Assembly (NCBI GenBank): GCA_046757405.1
Contig: JBHHYE010000016.1
Location: forward strand, 48 to 64,047
Length of the DNA stretch: 64,000 nucleotides
Direction of reading: 5' to 3'
Source: Acidobacteriota bacterium
Lineage (GTDB): Bacteria; Acidobacteriota; Polarisedimenticolia; SMYD01
Shown here in pieces: positions 51,945 through 61,691 of the stretch. Position 1 is the stretch's first letter. Each line of letters starts with the position of its first letter. The position numbers were made by a program, and so were the translations under genes. Below the pieces are notes generated by a model. The model did no database searches. It was not told the DNA's origin and saw nothing but the letters and a program-made list of their open reading frames with translations.

Positions 51945-54900
51945 TGAGCAGCATCGCCTGGTTTGCCCGCAACGGTGTGGCGGCCAATCTTCTCATGGCT
52001 CTGGTGCTATGGGGCGGCTTCCTCGCCCTCTTCAAGATCAAGCGGGAAGTCTTCCCCGAATTTTCCCTGGATCTGATCACGGTCAGCGCGGCCTACCCGG
52101 GCGCCGCGCCGGAGGAAGTGGAGGAGGGCGTGTGCGTTCGTGTGGAGGAGGCGATCCAGGGTCTCGACGGGGTGAAAAAGATCACTTCCACCGCCAACGA
52201 GGGAATGGGACAGGTGGCCATCGAGCTGAACGCCGGAGCCGATGCGCGTCGTGTGCTGGATGATGTCAAGTCCAGGGTGGACGCCATCGACACTTTTCCC
52301 GAGGAAACCGAGGAACCGGTGGTGCGCCAGCTCACCAACCGGCGCCAGGTCATCAACGTGGCCATGGCCGGCGATGTGGGCGAGACGACCCTGAAGGCCG
52401 TGGCCGAACAGGTGCGCGATGAGATCACGCTGCTGCCCGGCATCACCCAGGTGGAGCTGGCCAGCGCGCGGCCTTACGAGATCTCTATCGAGGTATCCGA
52501 GAGCGATCTGAGGCGCTACCAATTGACCTTCAGCGCCGTGGCGGACGCGATTCGCCGGTCCTCTCTCGATTTGCCCGGTGGTTCGGTGAAAACCGGCGGC
52601 GGGGAAATCTTGCTGCGGACCAAAGGGCAGGCCTACCGGCGCGGCGAATTCGAGAAGCTGGTGTTGTTCACGCGGTCCGATGGGACGCATCTGCTCCTGG
52701 GGGATGTGGCGCGAGTGGTGGATGGTTTCGCCGATTCGGATCAGTCCTCGCGGTTCGACGGCGAGCCGGCCATGGTGGTGGAAGTGTTTCGCAGCGGCGA
52801 GCAGAACGCACTGGCTATCTCCCAGGCCGTCCACAGGTACGTCCAGGAGGCCAGACGCCGACTGCCGGCGGGCGTGCATCTGACCACCTGGCAGGATTCC
52901 GCCGAGCTGCTGCGCAGCCGCCTGGATCTGATGATCCGGAACGGCCGCAGCGGCTTCATCCTTGTCTTCATCACTCTCGCGTTGTTCCTGCGCTTCCGGC
53001 TGGCCATCTGGGTGGTTCTCGGGGTCCTGATGGCGTTCCTGGGCTCTCTCTGGCTCATGCCGCTCCTGGGCGTGTCGATCAACCTCGTTTCTCTCTTTGG
53101 CTTCATTCTGGTCTTGGGGATCGTTGTGGACGATGCGATCGTCATGGGCGAAAGCATTTACACCATCCAGGAAAAAACCGGCCAGGGACTGGAGGGAGCC
53201 ATCGAGGGAGCCCGCCAGGTCTATGTGCCGGTGGTTTTCGCGGTGCTCACCACCGTGGCCGCCTTCTTGCCCCTCATCGGTGTCCCGGGAAGCACCGGGA
53301 AGTTCCTCCGGGTGATCCCCTTCATCGTGATCCCCTGTCTCCTGTGGTCCCTGGTCGAGTCCGTCTGGATCCTGCCCGCCCACCTGTCCCACTTCCGGGC
53401 ACGGGATCCTGGGCGGCGAAAGGGTCCCTGGGATCGGTTCCAGGATCGGTTCGCGTCCGGCCTGAGCTGGGTGGTGGAGCAGGTTTATTCCCGGTCTCTG
53501 GCGTGGGCTCTGGAATGGCGCTACCTGACGCTGGCCATCGGTTCGACCGTTCTGCTGGTCACCCTGGGGCTGGTGGCCGGCGGCGCGATTCATTTTGTCT
53601 TTTTTCCCCACGTGGAGTCCGACTTTGTCTCGGCGGCGCTGACCATGGCCCCGGGAACACCGGCTGCGGTCACCTCCCAGGCGGTCCACGTCCTGGAAGA
53701 GAGTGCCGGGCGGTTGCGCCGATCCCTCCTGGAGGAATCAGGTGGCACGGATCTCTTCCGGCACACCTTGGCGGCCATCGGTGAGCAGCCGTACCGCCTC
53801 TCCCAGCGCCAGAACGCCGGAGGCTTTGCTCAGGCTGAAGTGGGATCCAACCTGGGGGAGGTGACCATCGCCCTGACTCCAGGCGAAGACCGCACCCTGG
53901 GGAGCGCGGCCATCGCGCGACGCTGGCGGGATCTCACGGGTGGCATTCCCGATGCCATCGAGCTGGACTTTACCGACAGCCTCTTCTCTCCCGGCGAGGA
54001 CATCAACGTGCAGCTCATGGGACCCCGGGTGGAAGAGCTCCAGCAGGTGGCTGCGGTCCTCAAGCGCCGCCTCGCCGGGTACACCGGTATCCACGATATC
54101 TCCGACTCCTTCCGGCGAGGCAAGGACGAATTGAAGCTGGCCATCCGGCCCCGGGCGGAGGTTCTCGGTTTGACCCTCTCCGATCTGGGGCGGCAGGTAC
54201 GCCAGGCTTTTTACGGCGAGGAAGCCCAGCGCATCCAGCGGGGTCGGGATGAGGTCAAGGTCATGGTCCGCTATCCGGAGAACGAGCGCCGCTCCCTGGG
54301 AGACCTGGAAGAGATGCGGGTGCGGACTCCCGACGGCACGGAGGTGCCTTTCCGGCAGGTTGCGACGGTGGTTCGGGGCCGCGGGTATGCCTCCATCAAA
54401 CGAGTGAACCGGATGCGGACCATCAACGTGACGGCCGATGTGGATGCCGCGCAGGCCTCTCCAGGGGCCATCATCGCCGACCTCGAGGCGCAGGTATTGC
54501 CTCGCGTGCTGGCCGCCCATCCCGGCGTGCAGTACACCTTCGAGGGCCAGCAGGCGGAGCAGCGGGAGACCATGGGGGGGCTTTACACGGGCTTTCTCCT
54601 GGCTCTGGCCCTGATTTATGCCCTGCTGGCCGTTCCCCTGCGCTCCTACACTCAGCCGTTGATCATCATGTCCGCCATTCCCTTCGGCCTGGTCGGTGCT
54701 GTCTGGGGACACATGATCATCGGCCTGGACCTGACCATTCTTTCGATGTTTGGCCTGGTGGCCCTGGCCGGCGTGGTGGTGAACGACAGCCTGGTGATGG
54801 TGGATTTCATCAACCGGCACCGCCGCACCGTCCAGGAGAAGAGGTCGGCGGTCCGCCAAGCGGGCACGGCGCGCTTCCGGCCGATCCTTCTCACCTCGCT

Positions 54901-55135
54901 CACCACCTTTGCCGGCCTGTTCCCCCTGATGATGGAACGGAGCATGCAAGCACGCTTTCTCATTCCCATGGCGGTTTCCCTGGCGTTCGGCGTTCTTTTC
55001 GCCACCCTCATCACACTTTTTCTGGTCCCGGCGGCCTACCTGGTCCTGGAGGATGGGTTGCTTCTGGGAAGGCGCTGGCTGGGACGGCGGCCGGCCGTGC
55101 GCACGGGCAAGCTGGCCGGCGGAATGCCGCGTTGA
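51941..55135 (+). CDS. RND efflux permease (AcrB/AcrD/AcrF family)
   Basis: GIVVDDAIV, GVVVNDS, RFRPILLTSLTT. Confidence 0.94.
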   Translation: MMSSIAWFARNGVAANLLMALVLWGGFLALFKIKREVFPEFSLDLITVSAAYPGAAPEEVEEGVCVRVEEAIQGLDGVKKITSTANEGMGQVAIELNAGADARRVLDDVKSRVDAIDTFPEETEEPVVRQLTNRRQVINVAMAGDVGETTLKAVAEQVRDEITLLPGITQVELASARPYEISIEVSESDLRRYQLTFSAVADAIRRSSLDLPGGSVKTGGGEILLRTKGQAYRRGEFEKLVLFTRSDGTHLLLGDVARVVDGFADSDQSSRFDGEPAMVVEVFRSGEQNALAISQAVHRYVQEARRRLPAGVHLTTWQDSAELLRSRLDLMIRNGRSGFILVFITLALFLRFRLAIWVVLGVLMAFLGSLWLMPLLGVSINLVSLFGFILVLGIVVDDAIVMGESIYTIQEKTGQGLEGAIEGARQVYVPVVFAVLTTVAAFLPLIGVPGSTGKFLRVIPFIVIPCLLWSLVESVWILPAHLSHFRARDPGRRKGPWDRFQDRFASGLSWVVEQVYSRSLAWALEWRYLTLAIGSTVLLVTLGLVAGGAIHFVFFPHVESDFVSAALTMAPGTPAAVTSQAVHVLEESAGRLRRSLLEESGGTDLFRHTLAAIGEQPYRLSQRQNAGGFAQAEVGSNLGEVTIALTPGEDRTLGSAAIARRWRDLTGGIPDAIELDFTDSLFSPGEDINVQLMGPRVEELQQVAAVLKRRLAGYTGIHDISDSFRRGKDELKLAIRPRAEVLGLTLSDLGRQVRQAFYGEEAQRIQRGRDEVKVMVRYPENERRSLGDLEEMRVRTPDGTEVPFRQVATVVRGRGYASIKRVNRMRTINVTADVDAAQASPGAIIADLEAQVLPRVLAAHPGVQYTFEGQQAEQRETMGGLYTGFLLALALIYALLAVPLRSYTQPLIIMSAIPFGLVGAVWGHMIIGLDLTILSMFGLVALAGVVVNDSLVMVDFINRHRRTVQEKRSAVRQAGTARFRPILLTSLTTFAGLFPLMMERSMQARFLIPMAVSLAFGVLFATLITLFLVPAAYLVLEDGLLLGRRWLGRRPAVRTGKLAGGMPR

Positions 55136-55154
55136 CGCCGGCAGCAGGAAAACC

Positions 55155-57272
55155 CTAGGGCATGGCCTCGAGGGCTCGGCGTGTGGCGGAGAGGAGCGGC
55201 TGGGCGGAGAGCGGCGTCCCGACGGCCCGGCGCATCCAGGCATCGGGGGTCAGGCGGCCCAGGCGGCAGAGGCGCTCGAACTCGGAGCCGAAATCCACGT
55301 TCCGCTGGCGAAAGTGCTGCTCGATCTGGAAGGCGATGAGGTGGCCCAGGGGGTAGTCGGGAGTGTAGAGGGCGCTATCCACCATGTGGGAGTAAACGGC
55401 CAGGAGGGGGACGTCGCGCGCGGTGAAGAGGCCGGCGTAGTACTGGTTCCAGATGTCCTGGGCGATGCCCACCACGGCTTCGCGGAAGCTCGCCGGCGTG
55501 GCGCGCGGATGATCATAGAGCCAGTGCCAGGCCTGCATGTCCACCAAGGCGACCCCGGCGATCTCCCGGGCGCTCCAGAAGGTTTCCAGTGCCTCCAGAT
55601 GCTCGGCCTGGGCGTCGGCGCTCTCCAAATCCAGCAACTCCAGGTCGCGGTCCTGAAAGACGAAGGCCAGCGCCTCGGTGAAGGCGGTGTTGGGAACACC
55701 CGCCAGCAGCGTGTGGTCGATGGTGGTCATCGAGAAGACCTGTTCCACGTTATGTCCCATTTCATGCACGGCGATGTTGTACCCCTTGTAATCCATGCCT
55801 TCCGCGCCCACGCGCGTGCGCAGGTGGGCCCGGTCATCGCGGCGGGCGGCGCCATATGCATGTCCGGCGCCCCGAGATGGGTCGACGATGATGTGATCGG
55901 CGAGGAAGCGCGCCCTCTCGGCCGAGAAGCCGAGCTGGGCCAGTAACCGGGGAATGTCCGCGGCGTAGGCCTGAGTGGTGGGGTACCGGCGCCGCGTCCT
56001 GGCGTCCAGGTCCGCTTCCGTGTATGTCCCCCGGCTCTTGAAGCCCGCGTACCAGATGTCGAATGGCTCCAGCGGTCTCCCGAGACGCTTCTCCACCAGG
56101 TGGGCGACGCTCTCACCCAGGGGCGAGGCAAGGACCGTGCGGAGCAGGGTCTCGACATCCGACTCGGGAATCTCCCGGTCGATGTTGAATCGCCGGTCCA
56201 TGAGCGTGGGGTCATCAGGGAAGTAAGGATCGGCCTGTTGCTCGGCGTGGAAGATGGCGAGCCAGTGGCGGTAGCGTTGATTCTCCTCGCGGGGGGCCGG
56301 GAACCACATCCCGGCGGCGGGCGCCGGGGCGGCCTGGGGACGCATGATGCGGTTGCTTGAAGGGTCCCAGTCCACCCGGGGGTTGTCGATCACCTCTTTC
56401 GGTATTTCCTGGCGGATGATGCGCTCCATGATGTTCTGGATCAGGCGCTGCTTGGCCAGGCCATCCGGGTCTGCGTAGCGGGCCTTGAGCTCGTCCCGGA
56501 GGCCCCAGTGGGCGATCAGGCGCAACCCCTGAAGAAACAGGCGCTTTCCCTGGCTGTCGACCACGTGGTGCATGTAGATGTTGTAGGCGTTGATGTAGGC
56601 ATCGGCGCTGGCGGTTGCCGCGGTGAGAGCCTGGCTCACAGCCGCCGGAACGCGGCTCGCAAACCGCTCCGCCAGGCGTGCCTCGGCCCACTGGCGGCGG
56701 GACCAGGCGTCTCCTTGCGCCAGACGTTCCTCGAGGGTGGTGATCGGAAAGTTCAGCAGGACCAAGAGCGCCAGCTTGCTGCGGAACAGATCGTCATCCA
56801 GGTGGGCGCCGGGATTGAAGGCGGCCAGCCGGCGGTCGATGGGCAGGAGGGGGCCGATGTCAAGGTCGGCGCCCCGGCGGAGATCACGAACCATGGACGT
56901 GAAGTATCCTTCCATGCGTTCCAGGGCAAACTCCAACCGCTCGAAGGTGGCATCGCGCTCGGCGCCCCGGGGAAGGAAATTCTCGTCGCAGAACCTGGCG
57001 AAGGCGGCCGGGTCGCCATCATCCGTCCGCCAGAGACGGAGCACCTGGCTGACCCCCTGATCAATACGGTCCCCTTCCTCTTCCCCGTGCTTGTGGCGCA
57101 GAGTTGAACGGATCGTATCGGCTGCCTTCCGGAGAGCCGGATCCGGTGCGGATCCCTGATGGTTGTTTCCCGCCATGAGCCAGCCCAGGCTTGCAAGAGC
57201 CGGCAGCAAGCCTGCTACAACGGCTGTGTATCCCGCCATGAACTCCCCTGCCGAGGGGAGCGAGAGTATCAC
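55155..57272 (-). CDS. Hypothetical protein with gluzincin-like Zn-peptidase motif; start uncertain
   Basis: HEMGH followed by NTAFTEALA and downstream HM...Y..DY. Confidence 0.65.
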   Translation of the reverse strand: MILSLPSAGEFMAGYTAVVAGLLPALASLGWLMAGNNHQGSAPDPALRKAADTIRSTLRHKHGEEEGDRIDQGVSQVLRLWRTDDGDPAAFARFCDENFLPRGAERDATFERLEFALERMEGYFTSMVRDLRRGADLDIGPLLPIDRRLAAFNPGAHLDDDLFRSKLALLVLLNFPITTLEERLAQGDAWSRRQWAEARLAERFASRVPAAVSQALTAATASADAYINAYNIYMHHVVDSQGKRLFLQGLRLIAHWGLRDELKARYADPDGLAKQRLIQNIMERIIRQEIPKEVIDNPRVDWDPSSNRIMRPQAAPAPAAGMWFPAPREENQRYRHWLAIFHAEQQADPYFPDDPTLMDRRFNIDREIPESDVETLLRTVLASPLGESVAHLVEKRLGRPLEPFDIWYAGFKSRGTYTEADLDARTRRRYPTTQAYAADIPRLLAQLGFSAERARFLADHIIVDPSRGAGHAYGAARRDDRAHLRTRVGAEGMDYKGYNIAVHEMGHNVEQVFSMTTIDHTLLAGVPNTAFTEALAFVFQDRDLELLDLESADAQAEHLEALETFWSAREIAGVALVDMQAWHWLYDHPRATPASFREAVVGIAQDIWNQYYAGLFTARDVPLLAVYSHMVDSALYTPDYPLGHLIAFQIEQHFRQRNVDFGSEFERLCRLGRLTPDAWMRRAVGTPLSAQPLLSATRRALEAMP

Positions 57273-57314
57273 CTCGGGGACCGCCGGGGGGAGAGTTCAG
57301 AGACAGCCGGGAGG

Positions 57315-57773
57315 TCAGTCCCGGGTGAGTTTCTGAAAGGGAACGACCTGTCCCGCGGGGGCTGGCGCCGGCGGAGTGCTCGGAGCGGTTCCGGCCGCAT
57401 CCATCGAATGCTTCATGGCGGGCGGGGTGAGCTGCAGCCCGAAAGACGAGGACGGGTCGGCGAGGGCGGTGACGGATGCGAACGGAACGGTTAGGCGCTG
57501 GCGCTTTCTGTTGAAGCTCAGGGTCACCGAGAAGGAGGCGTCGCCCGTTTTCAGGTCCCAGAACTGGTGCTGCAGGGCAATGCTCATCTCGTGGGGGTAT
57601 TGACGGAGAAGAGAGGGTGAAAGGCGGACACCTTCATCCCGGGTCCGGAAGGAGATGAGAAGGTGCTGGCCTCCCCACAGGCCGGTCTTCTCCACCTGGG
57701 CCAAGATGCGCCGCAGCATCCCCCGGAGAGCGTCCTCCATGAACTGCCCGTAGTCGAGGACGGCGCCCGTCAT
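57315..57773 (-). CDS. sspB: SspB-like ClpXP adaptor (alphaproteobacterial type)
   Basis: DY...ALRG, QYPHEMSIALQHQFWDL, FSVTLSF, LTVPF...DPS. Confidence 0.8.
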   Translation of the reverse strand: MTGAVLDYGQFMEDALRGMLRRILAQVEKTGLWGGQHLLISFRTRDEGVRLSPSLLRQYPHEMSIALQHQFWDLKTGDASFSVTLSFNRKRQRLTVPFASVTALADPSSSFGLQLTPPAMKHSMDAAGTAPSTPPAPAPAGQVVPFQKLTRD

Positions 57774-57866
57774 GCACGGATTCTCGCACCGGGAACCGGT
57801 GAGGGCAATCCTCCGCTCTTCCCCGGGGTGCGCCACCGCCCGCGGGACGGGAGAGGGGGTTGTGGC

Positions 57867-57908
57867 TTGCCAGAATGGTGAAATAAATCTATTTTCATAT
57901 CAATTGAT
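57867..57908 (+). promoter_or_regulatory. Candidate promoter and ArsR operator
   Basis: TTGCCA-17 bp-TATTTT, AT-rich island, palindrome ATCAATTGAT at 57899-57908. Confidence 0.5.
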
Positions 57909-57944
57909 TTTGAAGGTACGAACACCTTCTCCACCGGAGAGCCG

Positions 57945-58280
57945 ATGACCCGGAAAAGTGAGCGATCCTCCACCTGCGTTGGCCGCCTGAAGGTGCTGGC
58001 CGATGAAACGCGCCTGTCCGTCCTGGAAGCGCTCATGGAGCGCCCACGGCACGTGGGAAGTCTGGGCCGGGAGGTTGGGGTGGGCCAGAGCCTCCTGTCC
58101 CACCACCTGCGCGTTCTCCGGGAGGCCGGCCTGGTGGAAGCCCGGCGGGACGGCCGGGCGGTGCTTTACTGCCTGGCGCCTGGCGTGGAAGGAGCGGTTT
58201 CAGGAAAATCGATCGATCTCGGCTGCTGCCGGCTGTCTTTCCCGGACCACCTCACGCAGCCGGGGAGGCGCTCGTCATGA
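57945..58280 (+). CDS. ArsR/SmtB-family regulator with C-terminal GCC
   Basis: LADETRL, QSLLSHHLRVLREAGLV, DLGCC. Confidence 0.9.
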   Translation: MTRKSERSSTCVGRLKVLADETRLSVLEALMERPRHVGSLGREVGVGQSLLSHHLRVLREAGLVEARRDGRAVLYCLAPGVEGAVSGKSIDLGCCRLSFPDHLTQPGRRSS

Positions 58281-59116
58281 GCGGGAGATGGTCCGGCCGG
58301 ACCGTGCTGGCGGTGGCGTTCCTCGTCGGCCTGCTGGTCATTCTCTGGCTGGGCTCCCCTGCGTCTCTTCCCCGAAGAACCCTGGTGGTGACCGGGTCCA
58401 GCACCATCGCACCGGTCATGGCGGAGATCGGCCGGCAGTTCGAGGCCGATCGCCCCGGGGTGCGGGTGGATGTCCAGAGCGGGGGATCCTCCCGCGGACT
58501 GGCCGACGCCCGCCATGGGCTGGCCGATATCGGCATGGTCTCACGCAACCCTCTGGAAGGAGAAGGCGACCTGGCCTGGTTTCCGCTGGCCAGGGACGGA
58601 GTCGCTCTCATCCTGCACCGTGATAATCCCATCGAGTCCCTCGACGAAAAGGAGGTGGTCGGCATTTACCGCGGAACCATCCGGAACTGGCGCCGCCTGG
58701 GAGGGCCCGACCGGCCCATCACGGTGGTCAACAAGGCGGAGGGCCGCTCCACCCTGGAGGTCTTCCTGCGTCACTTCGGGCTGAGCAACGAGGAGATCCG
58801 GGCCGATGTCATCATCGGCGACAACGAGCAGGGCATCAAGACCGTCGCCGGAAACCCGGACGCCATCGGTTACGTCTCCATCGGCACGGCCACCTACGAC
58901 ATCCAGAAAGGCGTTCCCATCAAGCTCCCCCGCCTGGATGGCGTGGAAGCGAGCCTCGCCCATGTCCGCGACGGCACCTTCCCTGTCACCCGCACCCTGA
59001 ACCTGGTGGTGAGGGGAGAGCCGTCTGGCCTGGCGGCGGATTTCCTGAATTTTTCCCGCTCGACCCGGATGAACCGGGTCATCCGGGCTTTCGACTTTGA
59101 ACCCGTTCATCGCTGA
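58277..59116 (+). CDS. pstS: Phosphate ABC transporter substrate-binding protein
   Basis: TGSSTI, GGSSRG, DIGMVSR, DAIGYVS. Confidence 0.85.
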   Translation: MSGRWSGRTVLAVAFLVGLLVILWLGSPASLPRRTLVVTGSSTIAPVMAEIGRQFEADRPGVRVDVQSGGSSRGLADARHGLADIGMVSRNPLEGEGDLAWFPLARDGVALILHRDNPIESLDEKEVVGIYRGTIRNWRRLGGPDRPITVVNKAEGRSTLEVFLRHFGLSNEEIRADVIIGDNEQGIKTVAGNPDAIGYVSIGTATYDIQKGVPIKLPRLDGVEASLAHVRDGTFPVTRTLNLVVRGEPSGLAADFLNFSRSTRMNRVIRAFDFEPVHR

Positions 59117-59957
59117 CCGCTTCCTCCTCTGGATCCTGCGGGCGCTGGCCGCGATGGCTGCTGGAGTCGTCTTTCTGATCGGTGTTTTCTTGCTGGTCGA
59201 AGCGGCGCCGGTCCTGGCGCGCGTGGGGATCTGGCGCTTTTTCAGCGACGGGTCGTGGTATCCCACCCGGGGTTTCTTCGACCTTCGGCCGATGATAGCG
59301 GGTACGGCGCTGGCTACCGCGGGCGCGGTAGCGGTGGCCACTCCTCTTGCCCTGCTGGTGGCTGTCTTTTGCCGCTTCTACGCTCCGCGGCCTGTCGCTC
59401 GTCTCACGCGGCGTGTGATCGAGTTGCTGGCGGGAGTTCCCTCGGTGGTGTACGGCTTCTGGGGTCTGGTCGTGCTGGTGCCCATCATCGGCCGCCTCCG
59501 GCCGCCGGGGCCCAGCTTGCTGGCCGGTCTGTCCATCCTTGCCCTGATGATCTTGCCCACCATCGCCTTGATGGCTGACGTGGCGCTGGCCGGCGTGCCG
59601 CGTTCCCATCGGCTTGGCTGTGCCGCCCTGGGACTCTCGCGCTGGGCCATGCTTCGCAATGTGGTCCTCCCGGAAGCCGGCCCGGGACTGCTCACCGCAG
59701 TCCTCCTGGGAACCGGACGGGCCCTGGGAGAGACCATGGCGGTGGTGATGGTGTGCGGCAATGTTGTCCAGGTGCCGCCCCATCTGCTGGCGCCCATGCG
59801 GACCCTCACCGCGAACATCGCGCTGGAGATGGCGTACGCCGCGGGCGACCATCGCGGCGCGCTCTTCGTCAGCGGCCTGGTGCTCGCCGGCATGGTGACC
59901 CTCCTGGTGGTGGCCGCCGGCGCGTTCGAGACCCGGCGGATCCAAACCGATGCGTGA
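59097..59957 (+). CDS. pstC: Phosphate ABC transporter permease
   Basis: ELLAGVPSVVYGFWG, GRALGETMAVVMVCGN. Confidence 0.9.
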   Translation: MNPFIADRFLLWILRALAAMAAGVVFLIGVFLLVEAAPVLARVGIWRFFSDGSWYPTRGFFDLRPMIAGTALATAGAVAVATPLALLVAVFCRFYAPRPVARLTRRVIELLAGVPSVVYGFWGLVVLVPIIGRLRPPGPSLLAGLSILALMILPTIALMADVALAGVPRSHRLGCAALGLSRWAMLRNVVLPEAGPGLLTAVLLGTGRALGETMAVVMVCGNVVQVPPHLLAPMRTLTANIALEMAYAAGDHRGALFVSGLVLAGMVTLLVVAAGAFETRRIQTDA

Positions 59958-60804
59958 GCAGGCCCTCCGCTGGCCGGATCGGGTGGTCGCCGTGGCGTGC
60001 TGGCTGTCGGCGGCGCTGGTCGCGTCGGTCTTTGTCTGGATCCTGGCTGACCTGCTCCGGGACGGGTTTTCCGGTCTCTCCTGGTCCTTCCTGATCACGG
60101 CGCCGCAAGACGCCGGCCGCGCGGGCGGCATCGGCCCCATCGTCGTCTCCACTCTGCTGATCCTGGCCGTCTGCCTGGCGGTGGCGGTTCCCCTGGGCCT
60201 GGGGACCGCGGCGCTCCTGGCGGAGTTCACGCCATCGGAGGGACGCTTCGCCACCCTGGTGCGGCGCAGCCTGGACATCCTGGCCGGTATCCCCTCCATC
60301 GTCTTCGGCCTGTTCGGGAACGTGCTCTTCTCGCGCGTGCTGGGCCTGGGTTTCTCCATCCTCTCGGGAGGACTGACGCTGGCCTGCATGGTGCTGCCGA
60401 TCTTGATCCGGACCGCGGAGGAGGCGCTGCGCGCCACGCCCCGCGCCACGCGCATGGGAGCCGCCGCCCTCGGCCTGTCGCGCTGCGCCATCCTCTTCCA
60501 CCTCCTGCTGCCGTCCTCGGCGCCGGGTCTCACGGTGGGCATCGTGCTGGGGATCGGCCGCGCGCTGGCCGAGACTGCGGCGCTGATCTTCACCAGCGGG
60601 TACGTGGCCCGGCTTCCCGGATCGCTCTTCGACTCGGGCCGGACTCTCTCGGTGCACATCTACGATCTCTCCATGAATGTTCCCGGGGGAGAGGCCAACG
60701 CGGCCTCCTCGGCCCTGGTGCTGATGGGACTCCTCCTGGCCATCAACCTGGCTGCGGCCTCCCTGGGAGATCGCTGGCTGGGCGGGAGGGGAAGAGCGGA
60801 ATGA
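59950..60804 (+). CDS. pstA: Phosphate ABC transporter permease
   Basis: GGIGP, LAGIPSIVFGLFG, GRALAETA. Confidence 0.9.
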   Translation: MREQALRWPDRVVAVACWLSAALVASVFVWILADLLRDGFSGLSWSFLITAPQDAGRAGGIGPIVVSTLLILAVCLAVAVPLGLGTAALLAEFTPSEGRFATLVRRSLDILAGIPSIVFGLFGNVLFSRVLGLGFSILSGGLTLACMVLPILIRTAEEALRATPRATRMGAAALGLSRCAILFHLLLPSSAPGLTVGIVLGIGRALAETAALIFTSGYVARLPGSLFDSGRTLSVHIYDLSMNVPGGEANAASSALVLMGLLLAINLAAASLGDRWLGGRGRAE

Positions 60805-61583
60805 GACGGCCTGCGCCCGGCGATCCCATCCAGGTCCATGATCTCAGCGTCCGGTACGGATCCAAGACCGCTCTCTCTGCAGTCTCCATGACCATCCGCT
60901 CCGGGGGGATCACCGCCGTGGTCGGTCCGTCCGGCTGTGGCAAGACCACCTTTCTGAATTGCCTCAACCGCCTCACAGACCTGATTCCCGGCTGCCGGGT
61001 CAGCGGCCGGATCGCCATTCACGGGATCGAGGTCCTGGGGCCCGGGTGCAATCTCATGGCCCTGCGCCGGCGGGTCGGGATGATCTTCCAGCGGCCGAAT
61101 CCCTTTGCGCTTTCCATTCGCAGAAACCTGGAGTTCCCGCTGCGTGAACACGGGGTCCGGGACCGCCAGGAGGTGGAGAGCCGCATCGAAAGGGCGCTGG
61201 GGGACGTGGGGCTGTGGGACGAGGTCCGGGATCGCCTGGACACAGCGGCCCCTTCCCTCTCAGGCGGCCAGCAACAGCGGCTTTGCCTGGCCCGCGCCCT
61301 GTGCCTGAAACCGGAGGTGATCCTGATGGACGAGCCCTGCAGCGCACTCGATCCGCTGGCCAGCGGCGTGGTGGAGGAGCTCATCGGCGAGCTCGGGCGG
61401 CGCTATACGGTCGTCATCGTGACCCACAACCTGGCCCAGGCCCGCCGCCTGGCCGATGACATGGCCTTGTTCTGGGTCCGGAACGGTGCTGGCTGCCTGG
61501 TGGAGCATGGCGCCTGCCGTTCCCTCTTCGAAAACCCGCGGGACGAGACAACCGCCGCCTACATCTCGGGCGCCCGGGGTTAA
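60801..61583 (+). CDS. pstB: Phosphate ABC transporter ATP-binding protein
   Basis: GPSGCGKTT, GMIFQRPNPF, LSGGQQQRLC, DEPCSALDP. Confidence 0.92.
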   Translation: MRRPAPGDPIQVHDLSVRYGSKTALSAVSMTIRSGGITAVVGPSGCGKTTFLNCLNRLTDLIPGCRVSGRIAIHGIEVLGPGCNLMALRRRVGMIFQRPNPFALSIRRNLEFPLREHGVRDRQEVESRIERALGDVGLWDEVRDRLDTAAPSLSGGQQQRLCLARALCLKPEVILMDEPCSALDPLASGVVEELIGELGRRYTVVIVTHNLAQARRLADDMALFWVRNGAGCLVEHGACRSLFENPRDETTAAYISGARG

Positions 61584-61691
61584 CCGGGCCTCCGGGCACC
61601 GGTCATGAAACCGGGACAGGATGCCTTCGCACCCCCCATCCTTCAACGCATGCTCCGGGGGAGCGACCGCGGCAGAGAGCCCCGGCTCCGT

